Source of the DNA: Amphiscolops sp. MND2022
Taxonomy: Eukaryota
Assembly (NCBI GenBank): GCA_964187785.1
Contig: OZ076414.1
Coordinates: 34,658,001 to 34,722,000, forward strand
Direction of reading: 5' to 3'
DNA length: 64,000 nucleotides
Part shown: positions 34,001-43,592 of the stretch, one piece after another
How the letters are laid out: each line of letters opens with the position of its first letter
How positions within the stretch are numbered: position 1 is the stretch's first letter
The notes under the pieces: generated by a model
Seen by the model: only the letters and a program-made list of their open reading frames with translations
Told to the model about the DNA's origin: nothing
The model's database searches: none
Translations under genes and position numbers: made by a program

Positions 34001-37000
34001 CAAAGAAGCTAAGCATTTTACAGTTTCTCTGATAGTCTCGTCTTTTAGGTACAGAGTTGATAAGTCAAGTTCCTGTAGTTTTCTCCAGTTTCCTGCGAAG
34101 TGGACAAAACATCCCTTTGGTTGCATCCCAGGAAACACTTTCCTGAAGGCATTAATTGAGGCGGCTTCAAAATCGATTATAATGACTTTAGGGGAAAGAC
34201 AAGGATTTATATCTTTCAATTCAGTTGAAGTACGTGCATAAATTGCTTCAGTCTTGTGCGTAAGAAGAATAAAAATAAGCGGCAACGTGTGATTACACTT
34301 ATTAGAGAAATATTTTTATTAGCAATAAATACGCAATACTTAGATCAAAAGTGACGACTTTTCTGGAAATGCATTAAGTGAATGTTCGTTAGTCAAGACA
34401 ATGGATTCTGAGTCATCATCAGTTGTTACTGCACGTGGTTTTCATTTTCGATCTTCACATCTCCAAAATGTTCTGCAGCTATTTTCGTTGCTTCTATGCT
34501 CCGTGAACAGATAATTTGAGTAAACTAATTTATCGTTACCTCTTTCAATAGAAATGATTGAGTGTTGCATTTTAACGTACTAGTCGTAGAACTGAAGACT
34601 TTAATACTGAAGAATGCGAACGAAGATTATCCTCAGTTTGCCAAAAGGAGGCCCTATTAAGAGGTGTTAATTGTTGATACCTGCCTCTAATTTTAATCTT
34701 TCCGGATTCATTATTACAAAGGTCCTAATTGGCAATTAATTGGGGGAAAAATTGCAGCTTTTACTGATTGGGACTAATTGTCACCTTTTTAAAATGGGAC
34801 TAATTGTCGCTCGGGACGAATCGTCGTTTTTTGGGATTTGGGATGAATTGTTGCTTGAGACGAATCGTCGCTTGGGACACGTTGTCGCTTTGCGTACAAC
34901 TAAGCTAGGGATTGAGAGCTTGTTGACAATTATGCTGAGTTGAGAGAGATTTGAAACTTAGTCCACGCTAACGAATGCCTAACGCTTTAATCACACGCTC
35001 TTCAAACATGGTCAACATGGAAATTTTTGTTTTTCTATACACAAGATAACATATGTAGGTGTTGTTCTTTGGTTCTTGCCGTTTTGGGAAGCATTCCATT
35101 TTTGTTTTGAAATTGGTCGAAGCTGAAAAGCCTTCATGGTGTAGTTTAAGGAAATTGGGAAATTGCAAAGCCACAGAAACGTCCAAACGTACAAAATTGG
35201 GTAATACTGGGAAAACTTTTGTTTTATTTGAATTCATTCCATGCATTCATGTGGAGGGAAAATCCTAAAAGTGTTTTTATTGGCCATAGTTCCGTTTTTG
35301 AACTCCACTATAACTAACATGTCAAAAAATGACACAAAACGAATTGGCTGTTAAGTATTTACTTGTCATTTTCAGGTTGTTTTGTGGCATTGAAATATTC
35401 AAAATTCAGATTTTCTTCCACACAGTATGCTGAAAAGAAAATTGTTTCGTCTTTGATTTTTTCCATTTTTCGTTTCCACCGAATCGTTCAATTGTTGTTC
35501 AAATTTGCGCGAAAAATGCTGATAGCTCTTTTCTTAGACGCGGAGACATTCGTAAATTGTCTGAGATTGCGAGTAAGTTGTTGTAAAGTGGACTGTTTTT
35601 GGCTTTTTTGGTTTTTTGTTGTCATCAGGGGAACTTTTTAGACAAGAACATCCGACTTTCTCTTCCATAAAGCTTACTGAAAAATTTTTGTTCTAATGTT
35701 GACGTCAGCGGATGTTCTCGATTACGAAAAAGTCCTTAAACTGAACAAAAATTAGAATTACAAGGTCAAAAATGAGCATTGTCGGAATTTCGTTTTTTTT
35801 TGCTTTTTCGACGCGCCTTTCTAGCAAGAGACGGTAGTTATCAAAAAAGCGCACTAGATAGCTAGTTGATTCGTCACTAAACTGTTTGAACATTATAAAC
35901 CACGAGATCTTTCGGAAATTCTACAAAAAATGTGCTCAAACTCTTGTTTACACTTGTAAAGCTTTGTTTCTTCCACCTATTTGTGGTAATTCTGATGTAC
36001 GGCTCTCACGAAAATCTGCATTTTTCTCGTGGAAAAAGCGTACTGCATAGGTAGTTTCTTTTGTCATTGATCTTTTTGAACATTCCTACCCACGAAATCT
36101 CTTGAATATTGTACAAAAATTGCATGAATGCTGTCAAATTTCGAGAAATTTTCGGATTTTTGACTCCAATGCAGATTAAAACTCTTCGAAATTACATATT
36201 GTAATCAGCACGCAACTTCATGGTAGTTGAATTGAATGGACGAGGCTATCATTTGGTTATATGGAATTTGGGCACTCTAGAATTTGGAACATGGAAAATT
36301 TTGGAAAACAAAACGGAACGTCTCAGGTCGGCGCTACACTTTGGGCTCAAAAGCACAAACTTTTAAAAATATGCTCCGGACTTTTTAAAAAAATATCTCA
36401 CAAAAAATGTCGAAACATCCAAAAGGTGCCTTTCGTGCTTCGAAAACGCTTCAAAAATTCCAATGTAGTGTGCTGGGATAAGTGGGACTGCTATTCGAAC
36501 CGCCTCATCTTGAGTGAAATGCAATATAGTTTGGATGTAACGTCACAAGTTCTGATATAGCTCAATAATTTCGATCCTAGGCGTTCTCCTTAATGAAACG
36601 CAATTTACTTTGGATATAGCGTGAAAAGTTCCGATATAGCGCGCTGGGACGAATGGGACCGCTGTTATCGAACCTCCGCCTCTCGCACAGTAAACCCTTT
36701 GGACCTTTTGAAACCCGATAGGAGACCCTTTGGACTTTTTGAAACTCCAGTTTGTTGCAAAAAATCAGAAAATTTAAATGCGGGACCCTTTGGAGAAAAA
36801 AAATTCGAGAAAAAAGTCACAGAGTGCCGAAAAAATTCAAAGGGAGGGATTATTTCAAAGGGAGGGCTATAGTCTCGTCCGGTTTTGTATTATGCGTTAA
36901 AAATGGAATAAATGAAAGGGGAGAAACTATCTTAGATGCACTAACTTAGATACGTTTCCGCTGGCTGGGCTTAGCGGTCCAGTAGTTTGGTAGTTTCTGT

Positions 37001-40000
37001 AAAAAATGTGCTACGCATACATTACCTGACGAAAAAAAAAGAAGCTTGCCATCGTAACAGTCGCGCTCATTTTCTACTAAATTGTGCCGACCAAAAAAAC
37101 GTTGCTGAGTTAGCAATTTTTTCCCATATTGAGTAATGGGCGGAAAATAATTTGTTTTATAGGAATTATCGCAATGTTGAAATCTTCACCCAATTCTTTG
37201 TGCCTCATTTTCACGTCTTCGATAAAAAGGTTGAAATCATTGATGTGGAGTTCTCAATGGTTTTTATTTAAATGTTTCCAGGGAACTGGGTTGCTTTTAA
37301 CCGAAGACGATACTATGTATGAGGGAGAAATGAACGGCTACACACTCAATGGAAAAGTAAGATAGATTTTCACCCTTTCCTGTTTAATTATTGATAATTT
37401 TATATTGATTGTTTTGCATTATGATCAATGCAAATTATTCCAGGGCATTTTGACATTCCCACATGGTGATCATATTGAGGGCTCTTTTGAAGGCTGCTGG
37501 GGAGCAGAAGATCTCAAAATCCGAGGGGTTTTGAAACGATATCAGTCAGAACCGAAAACGAAGCCTTGTGGAAGGTTAGCTAGATTTATAGCTTTTAGTG
37601 CAATCATCAATCCGTGAATTACTAATTCTGTAAGAGCTGAAACAGCTTGAAATCGATCGTTTTCAAGTGTGTCTAGTGAGAGACGACTGTTCAGATTGTT
37701 CACAGTAAAGTGAGAGCGAGCGAGAGTATTGATTATTTTTCTTTTTGTCAAGAAAGTGCGAAATCTCGTCTCTTTTCAGACTTTCAGGAATTTTTTCACG
37801 AAAATTTGATGCCAAGGTTGAATTGAATTAAATTGACGACTCGGTCATACAATTAGTTTGCTCTAATCACTGCCAGATTGAATTTAGTGGAGCCCGTTTC
37901 CGAGATTCTGTTTCACTCTCGAGAGGTATTCGTTCGAGAGTAACAATAACTCACTTCGAAATCGTGTTTTTGTTCAAAATTACTCCTCTCAAATCTTTTC
38001 AAATGAAGCCAAATGGAAGTCTTTGATAAGCAAGTAATCAAGTGAACCGGTATTGCGCATTTTTGTTTACTGTTGAGGTATCGCTTGAATTCCCGCTGAG
38101 CTGCTCGTTGAAAATTTCTCAAGAAAAGCGTTCTCCGAAAGCCTCCTTTTGAATCAACAACCTTTTGGCTATCAGTCACTTCCTTTGGCAAGCAATCAGT
38201 TGTCAAGAAAACAGTTACTTCGGTTGTGTGCGCCAAGTTAAACCATAGAAGAGCCTTAATCGTCAAAGCCTTCATTACTCATATCAACCTAATGAGGATC
38301 TTCTGATGACATTTCTTGTGCACGACTACAGTGCACACTGAGTTCGGTGTTTCAGTTTATATCGAAAGTTCGACGTGGATGCCAGCATCAAATGGGAAGC
38401 CGTGTTTCGCAAGTGCAGACGGAAGATGGGAGTGATCAGATCCATGGAGACAGACAACGATAGTCCAGGTGCTCTTTGTGAGAAGACGTGGACAAGTATC
38501 ACCAATTACATGGACCAGTCAGTGTCTTGGTTTATTCCCTCAGTTTTGAATCAATGTGGTGCGAAACAAGGACAGTTTCAGTCATCTAATGATTTTGCTA
38601 CATTGAAAACAGGTGTTAACAAGCCGGGACCGGCCCAAGACGGCACCATATCTAAGGCTCAAAATTAGCAGAAGGACTTCAAAATGTCAAACTAATGGTG
38701 AATTGGGGACCCTTTCATGAAAAAAAATGAAAAAACGTCAAGTCTCACAATGCCGAAAAAACTGAAAGAGGGACCCTTTGGGATTTTTCAACATCCATTC
38801 TGTCGCAAATCCCCGAAAAAATTGAAGGGGGACCCTGTGGGAAAAAATTTTCCCGAAAAAAGTCTCGCAATGCCAAAAAAACTGAAAAGGGGGACCCTTT
38901 GGTCTCGTCCGATATTGTATGTTACGCGGGAAACCTTTTTGGTTCAGTTCCTTGGACCAACGGGTACAATTTGGCGTCTTCTTAAAATTTTGTAGAACTT
39001 TTGGGGTAGAACTATTTTGGTCACTTCAGGTATATCGAAAAAAAAATATTTAAAAAACACTGACGAAAAGCCATGACTATAGTCGACTCTTTTCTCTAGA
39101 AAAGCGCCGACTAAAAAAACGAGAGGATTTAGAAATCTTCCGTTTCTGGGAACGTTTTCTTGTACTTCAGGGACACAGATAACCTCCAAGACATCAGCAA
39201 TATTTTACCCTTAGCCAACCGTAGCTGGCATACCTTCACAGAACGGGAGAAGTTGGATGTGAAGGAATTTCTTCAACGGGTCAGTTATTATTACTCATCA
39301 CTCATTCCCAATTCCACTCTGATGGTTAATTTTATTGATGGTGGAGAAATTAGTGTGCTTTGTAAGCATATCTTGAATGCATCCAACCAAAGTGACTGGA
39401 ATAGTCATAGGTTCAACTCTAATGGACCTGGGAATTTTCGAAAATGTTGATTAAAAATTTTCAATTGCTCATATCTCCAAAACTACGCATACCAGAGAAA
39501 TTACTATGGTGGAAAAGTTGTTTACGCTGGGGCTTGTCTTGAAAACCAGCATCTTATCTGGTTTTGTTGCACAAGTTGTTGTTTAAGGGTAGAGGGTTGC
39601 GGTTTACAAGCTTCAAGGAGTATTGAGAAATTTGGCTTTTAACAATCATTTTCCGTTAAAAAAAAAACATTTTTTCTCAGCATTGGTGGAAAATCCAATT
39701 TTTCTACCTTATGCCGTTCGGATGAAACATACAGACAAAATGCCAAATGTGTGCAAAAGAATATGGGTTACTGGGAAACTGATTCAGAAGTTGGAAAATT
39801 TGGAGGGTGCTTTAAAGCATTGCCAAGTTAATTGGGGTCAAGTTATACCTAAAGACACTTTATAAAAATAGTTGCTCTAGGGCAGTTGAGTTATTTGTAT
39901 CTTGAAGATCTGATGTGCCAGTATTGATTTGCTGACAGTTTCTATCAGTTGTTCAATTTAGCTTAGAATTATAGGTACTCTTTGGCGTTAAGTTCACGTC

Positions 40001-43000
40001 ATAATTAGAGAAGGGAAATACCGTATTTATTCGAATAAAAGCCACATTTTTGGAGCGATAAAAAATAAATGCCGCGGTTTTTATCATAATAAATACGGTA
40101 TTAAAGAGAACAGGCGCAAGACACAAAACAAAGTTGAATTCATAAGTTAACCCAGATACAAGTTACCCTTCTGAGCCACTATTGCAATAGGTATTCGATT
40201 TAATGGGAGATTCAAACGGACACTAGTTGCAATTCGGCAAGATTGTCAACACATCGGTTAATTACAAACTCCTCAAAAAAGGTCGACCAAATTGTCAGAA
40301 ATCCGTTTTTTGCACTAGCCGTTTCATAAAGTCATCAATCTGATCGAACACGTTAGTTGAGTGCATTCCACAGGTTAGTTCTTCGAGTCAAGTTAATATG
40401 AAGGCAAACTTCAAATGATAGGAACCCCGGAAAATTGTGAGTGGGCAGGATAATATGGGATCGGATCAGTAGTTCCAGTAAATGTTATTTACATGTAGAA
40501 AGATAGATCTCTGATTTGTCCAATTTGATTACTTCAATGATTTTTTTGGTTTACCCGAATTGATGGTCCTTTGTGTAAGAACTGTTTAAGAGGATACATA
40601 CAACCACAGATAATAAGTGCTAAATAAACACACCAGCTTGATGATGAATCCGTGACTCTTCATGTCTTCACATTTTGTAGATCTGTTGGAACAAAAATCA
40701 CCCAATCGGCCAACTGATGGACGAGTTGAACGTCGTGTTCAGAGCCACTTACGGGGGAGATTTGAACTGCATGCACAAACTGCTTCTTCCACTCGCACTC
40801 TGTGAGCTGAAGAGCATCATCATTCGCTTTTCACAAACTCTATCTTACATCTTGCCTTGTCTCGACCCCAGTCTCACTGACCAACAATTGCAAAAACCAC
40901 TCGACGATGACTCATACGACTCACAAGCACATTGGTTCGTTCCACTTGTTTTTTTACTATTCTGAACTATTATGTTGTTGCACCGCATTCAAATTGTTAA
41001 TTCAAGATTGCTTTTGACATGAACAAAATTGCAAAAGGCGCAGTGGCTCTGTGGGATTTTTCATTTCTTTTGAGAAAGAGAAATGCAGCGACGTGTTTCG
41101 CTTTTTGGATATTAGGTTCTCTAAATAACCCAAATTGTCGACGAATAGTTTTTTTGAGGTTAATATATATTCGGTCTTGGTGTAAAAGTCTCGAATAATT
41201 TGTACAAAAACTTCCGATAATATCAGGCAAAATGTATTTGTTTAAAACTTCTAAAATTGTTGTTTTTTATTTATTGTTGTTGTGTACAGTGAAAAATTGG
41301 TGTCGGACTTGATTCACCCTTTGGTTTTCGATGGCATGTATTGTTCGATATTCTCACTGTACGCATTATCCAACGACCGACAAGACCAGAAGTTTTCTAC
41401 TTCAATCAAACTTCTCAACCAAAGATCCGATTTCGCCCTCATGAATTTTTATGAGGTCGAACCCATGTTCAACCCTCCTCGCGACAAAAATCAAGTTGGT
41501 AGATTTCTTTGTTTTTAGCATCTGATTTTTCTAAGCACAGTGGATCCCGGATATAAGAAACTAGCTTATAAGAAATACCCGCTTATAGTCAATGCGCATC
41601 ATGGCCAAGACTGGCAATTTAATTCCTTTTAAAACCCGGATATAAGAAAATTCGATTATAAGAAACACCACTAGTCGTTCCCCTGACGTTTATTATATCC
41701 TGGATCCACTGTACCTGCTTTTTTGGTTTGGTACAATAGGCTTCTATGGTAAATGGGGTTGTTTTTCAGGAAAACTCAGGTTGCTTGTACGAAGGTGCTG
41801 TGGACGCCTTGAAACAAATCAGGTGAGTGTTTGATCAGCGTTGGTTCCATCTGGGATGAACATTTCTGAACTCCATTTTCGAAAGAAACTTTTTCATGTG
41901 AAAATTCTGCAGTGCTGTGCTCTATCACTATACTACGAACCCGACAAAGTTGCGCCCACCCTTAATTAATTCAAAAAAGGTTTTCTGGAATATTTTTCTT
42001 CCATCTATCAAGAAATCCACCCAAGAAATAAACATTTCAAAATTTTTGAAGTGCTGTGCTCTCAGATCCAAAATATTTGAAAACTTCTCTCATTCATTGA
42101 ATTAAAACGGGTTTCTATGTTCAAAAAGATTGTTTAGCGCGACGGTATTTTATAAAATAATCCATCGACATGTGCAGCGTAATATTTCTCTTGATAAGTG
42201 TGAAAAGAGTTTGAGTGTGTTTATGGTTGATTGCAGTTCGGAGAAGGTGCCTTCCCGCAAGATGGAGTGTGTGACGCGGGCCTTCTCGTCCATGATCAAG
42301 ACAGCCTCCAAGGTGTCGCAGCGGCCCGAGTGCAAGATGATGATGGACTCCGCCCTCCCGCTCCTCATGTTCATCATCATTCGAGCCGCGTGAGTCTTTA
42401 CTCTACTCTGCTCTGTTCCCGTCTGTAGTCTACTCGATCTGATAATATAGTCTAGTAGTAATGAAATAATAAGGACCGCGCGTAATGAAACCACAAATTA
42501 GTTTTTTAGCTTGTTTGTGCCCATAGTGCAGATGGGGCGTGTCGGTAAAGATAAATGAAGAAAAATATCAAAAGGATCAGGTGTCAAAACACTGCAAGCT
42601 GCAGAGCCTCTTTAACGGTCAGTAACGGTCCCATAAAAACAAATTCTGAAAACATCGGCAAGTGTTTTGTCTAGTTGTTATTCCAGTCGAGAAAAGTTCT
42701 TTGAAATGTATGAAAAGGTGCAAAATTCAGTTTCAAAGACAAGATATACCATTTTGTGGCGGTTACAGTCAGAGCTTTGACGTTGCTATTTTTTCGCTCA
42801 TCGCTAAACCACAACTTCAAAATCACTAATTCGTTGTGATAGTTTTTTCAAGCCGTTGTATGTTATGATATGAGCAATGGGATAATCGACCCATGAGACT
42901 AATGGTCCTATTTGAGCGATGTATGTTTCAACTGTTTCCACAATAAAGGAATGTTTCAGAGCTCCATGAAAAATCAAAGCTCCAGGATAAATTCCGCCCA

Positions 43001-43592
43001 TTCAACTGCGTGATGGAACTTGAGGGGGTGCCAATTGTTTAAATAGCTTTGTCTGTGCAAAAAACTTTTGCTTCTGTTTCAGAACGCCCTATTTGAGTGC
43101 TGAGCTCCATTTCATCGAAGACTTTGTAGACTTCGCAGCCTATCCAGAACATGAGTTTGTTCTTCATGCAGTCAAAGTAATTTTCCTTCTATCTTTCAAC
43201 GTTTTTTTTCTAGTTTCTAGTGAAGCTGAGAAAACTTAATTGTAGCGTTTTCTGTATAAATGCTCTTGAAATACTCTGAAAACATTCCATAGGTCTTGTT
43301 AAAAACAGGAAATGAAGATACTAATGTTTTTCAATGAAAATTGCTGGAAAGTTAAAAATAGCCGTTTTGTTGAAAAATATATTTAATTCATAGTTATCAA
43401 TGACGTTGTTCGAAGTTCCTGTGAACAATATTGTCGAACTCTGATAATGATAGTCTGTTTTTGTTCAGTTTCCATGCGCAAATCAATGCGCATTGTATTC
43501 CCTCACTTCTCCATTGAAAATTCTTGCGAGCTTGTTCATTTGTGAACTTTTTTCAGGCGGCATTTCTGTTCATCATCTCGGAGAACCAATAA
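6319..43592 (+). CDS. ALS2: Alsin (ALS2) Rab5 GEF: PH, MORN repeats and VPS9 domain; RCC1/DH exons not in the window
   Basis: Exons 6319-6462, 7201-7329, 8046-8260, 9319-9507, 25553-25654, 28793-29011, 30612-30977, 32665-32845, 37282-37356, 37444-37574, 38356-38517, 39171-39279, 40681-40934, 41290-41494, 41770-41822, 42237-42389, 43083-43176, 43557-43592 (TAA). All GT-AG with compatible phases. Motifs collinear with alsin as recalled: RRLIRDS...FTLFSDMLVHQQFS, ATYKGTWKNGKPH, YIGMWLND, EDDTMYEGE, KWEAVF, HPIGQLM, MDSALPLLMFIIIRA, AELHFIEDF. Confidence 0.92.
6543..6891. mobile_element. hAT-type MITE
   Basis: Imperfect TIRs cag(aag)agttttgacatcgctaat / attagcggtgtgaaatctctg; perfect 8-bp TSD ATTGTCAC. 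Confidence 0.75.
7201..7329 (+). CDS. ALS2: ALS2 exon (PH domain)
   Basis: ttcaag|GTT...AAG|gttaca; VFWLQTIWLE...KLTMPEE. Confidence 0.88.
8046..8260 (+). CDS. ALS2: ALS2 exon (end of PH, MORN1)
   Basis: ttcag|GCT...AA|gtgaga; ATYKGTWKNGKPH. Confidence 0.9.
9319..9507 (+). CDS. ALS2: ALS2 exon (MORN repeats)
   Basis: ttgcag|G...AA|gttagt; WPDGRTYIGDF, YEGQWQHGHMHGFG. Confidence 0.9.
10033..10072. repeat. Poly-C plus (CA)n microsatellite
   Basis: Read directly. Confidence 0.95.
10283..10441. mobile_element. Tc1/mariner (pogo-like) MITE
   Basis: TIRs cactcaactccgtttataacgat / atcgttataagcggagttgagtg flanked by TA on both sides. Confidence 0.85.
10770..11098. mobile_element. Merlin-like MITE (8-bp TSD) carrying the GCGAAGC module
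   Basis: TIRs ggtactcctgactaagtgtggtccc / gggaccacacttagtcaggagaacc; TSD TAAAAATG at 10762-10769 and 11099-11106. Confidence 0.8.
11270..11370. repeat. 27-bp tandem subrepeats, right arm of an older foldback element that hosts the Merlin-like MITE
   Basis: ttttcatgttaaatgggactaatt repeated about four times; loosely inverted to aaatgaaat motifs around 10740-11150. Confidence 0.55.
11499..11571 (-). tRNA. tRNA-Lys (CTT)
   Basis: Reverse complement GCCCGGCTAGCTCAGTCGGTAGAGCATGGGACTCTTAATCCCAGGTTCGTGGGTTCGAGCCCCACGTTGGGCG (73 nt); intact A and B boxes, CTT anticodon, TTTTT terminator 4 nt downstream. Confidence 0.95.
11927..12953. mobile_element. MULE-type MITE (9-bp TSD) containing the GCGAAGC module and a nested Merlin-like MITE
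   Basis: TIRs ggggactgttcaattcgtcgaa / ttcgacgatttgaatagtcacc; TSD ATTTGTAAG; uninterrupted sister copy at 24283-24640. Confidence 0.85.
12017..12656. mobile_element. Merlin-like MITE (8-bp TSD)
   Basis: Perfect 26-bp TIRs ggtactttcctaatagaccggacaat; TSD TGATTTCG; the empty site is visible in the sister copy at 24283-24640. Confidence 0.88.
13553..14470 (-). pseudogene. hAT transposase remnant (frameshifted, internally deleted)
   Basis: BED-like CKCKCGRVRKQ...NLFNHITTAHPDY; (D/E)GWS; FASHRLNL; C-terminal TNVIERLFS...LFLKFNRNLW. Confidence 0.8.
14706..15857 (+). repeat. 5' LTR (1152 bp)
   Basis: Direct repeat of 22932-24085. Confidence 0.95.
15931..22956 (+). pseudogene. BEL/Pao gag-pol polyprotein with several stops and frameshifts
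   Basis: Gag PKLKLSEFHGDPLEW; three Cys/His knuckles; protease ALCDTGS; RT ADIESMF and YMDDL; RNase H FSDAS; integrase HLEHNH...CVYC, DYFGP, SDNGTNF, GVWE. Confidence 0.95.
21276..22287 (+). repeat. 506-bp internal tandem duplication in the integrase region
   Basis: 21276-21781 repeated at 21782-22287; CAAA microhomology at the junction; four differences seen. Confidence 0.95.
22932..24085 (+). repeat. 3' LTR (1154 bp)
   Basis: Direct repeat of the 5' LTR. Confidence 0.95.
24283..24640. mobile_element. MULE-type MITE (sister of 11927-12953) with GCGAAGC module
   Basis: TIRs ggtgcaacttcaattcgtcgaa / ttcgacgaattgaacagtcccc; TSD GTTAAATTC. Confidence 0.85.
25553..25654 (+). CDS. ALS2: ALS2 exon (MORN repeat)
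   Basis: ttgcag|T TAT...GG|gtgagt; YHNGDQYVGEFERSMRCGFG. Confidence 0.9.
25734..26154. mobile_element. MULE-type foldback MITE with GCGAAGC module
   Basis: gcgggacaaaacag(t/c)cgatttt arms with subrepeats; 9-bp TSD GTTTAGTTG. Confidence 0.8.
26583..27033. mobile_element. MULE-type foldback MITE with ~130-bp arms
   Basis: Arms of tttcaacc subrepeats, nearly perfectly inverted; 9-bp TSD AAATGGATT. Confidence 0.9.
27259..27470 (+). pseudogene. hAT transposase C-terminal fragment
   Basis: VPPISNVCERRFSMSRL...MEAIQFLRHNRDLW, same motif set as the C-terminus at 13553-13700. Confidence 0.65.
28384..28716. mobile_element. hAT-like MITE
   Basis: TIRs cagaggtgtgacgcg / cgctgtcacgcctctg; no intact TSD. 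Confidence 0.55.
28793..29011 (+). CDS. ALS2: ALS2 putative extra exon, Ser/Pro-rich (phase 2-2)
   Basis: gtttag|T TAT AGA...CAG AG|gtttga; 219 nt, open in the ALS2 frame; composition unlike the flanking intron. Confidence 0.6.
30612..30977 (+). CDS. ALS2: ALS2 putative extra exon, Ser/acidic-rich (phase 2-2)
   Basis: cttgacaacag|G CAA...CAC AG|gtttgt; 366 nt, open in the ALS2 frame. Confidence 0.65.
32665..32845 (+). CDS. ALS2: ALS2 exon (MORN repeats)
   Basis: ttcag|A ATC...ACG|gtgagt; FYGEWIDDKRHGYG, YIGMWLNDLKHGNG. Confidence 0.92.
33362..34894 (-). mobile_element. MULE (Mutator) transposon, internally deleted, with FLYWCH and transposase remnants
   Basis: 9-bp TSD TACAACTAA; gcgacaattcgtccc subrepeat arms; IIIDFEAASINAFRKVFPG...CFVH and KTNNAIEVWH; FLYWCH-like LVYSNYLF...FWRC near 34400-34540. 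Confidence 0.9.
36690..37092 (-). mobile_element. HINE copy, degenerate
   Basis: gggaccctttgg repeats and terminal agtcgcgc...gtgccgacc plus A run. Confidence 0.6.
37282..37574 (+). CDS. ALS2: ALS2 exons 37282-37356 and 37444-37574 (last MORN repeats)
   Basis: GTGLLLTEDDTMYEGE; GILTFPHGDHIEGSFEGCWG; 87-bp GT-AG intron. Confidence 0.9.
38356..38517 (+). CDS. ALS2: ALS2 exon (3' boundary uncertain)
   Basis: tttcag|T TTA...; KWEAVFRKC; CA|gtcagt donor chosen because it gives the phase required by the next exon. Confidence 0.7.
38617..39112 (-). mobile_element. HINE copy, both ends present
   Basis: taacaagccgggaccggccc stem-loop end; central gggggaccctttgg repeats; agtcgactcttttc-tcta-gaaaagcgccgact end plus A run. 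Confidence 0.75.
39171..39279 (+). CDS. ALS2: ALS2 exon
   Basis: cttcag|G GAC...CGG|gtcagt. Confidence 0.75.
40021..40098. mobile_element. 78-bp Tc1/mariner-type MITE
   Basis: ccgtattta...taaatacgg flanked by TA. Confidence 0.7.
40681..43592 (+). CDS. ALS2: ALS2 3' exons (helical bundle and VPS9): 40681-40934, 41290-41494, 41770-41822, 42237-42389, 43083-43176, 43557-43592
   Basis: HPIGQLM...FRATY, IFSLYALSND, AVDALKQIS, MDSALP, PYLSAELHFIEDF; stop TAA at 43590-43592. Confidence 0.9.
41538..41711. mobile_element. Tc1/mariner (pogo-like) MITE
   Basis: TIRs cagtggatcccggatataa / ttatatcctggatccactg; TA on the right, CA on the left. Confidence 0.75.

Noticed and set aside
38518-38668. Extension of the ALS2 exon to the end of the ORF
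   Set aside because: The tail runs into a HINE, and the donor at 38612 gives the wrong phase for the next exon.
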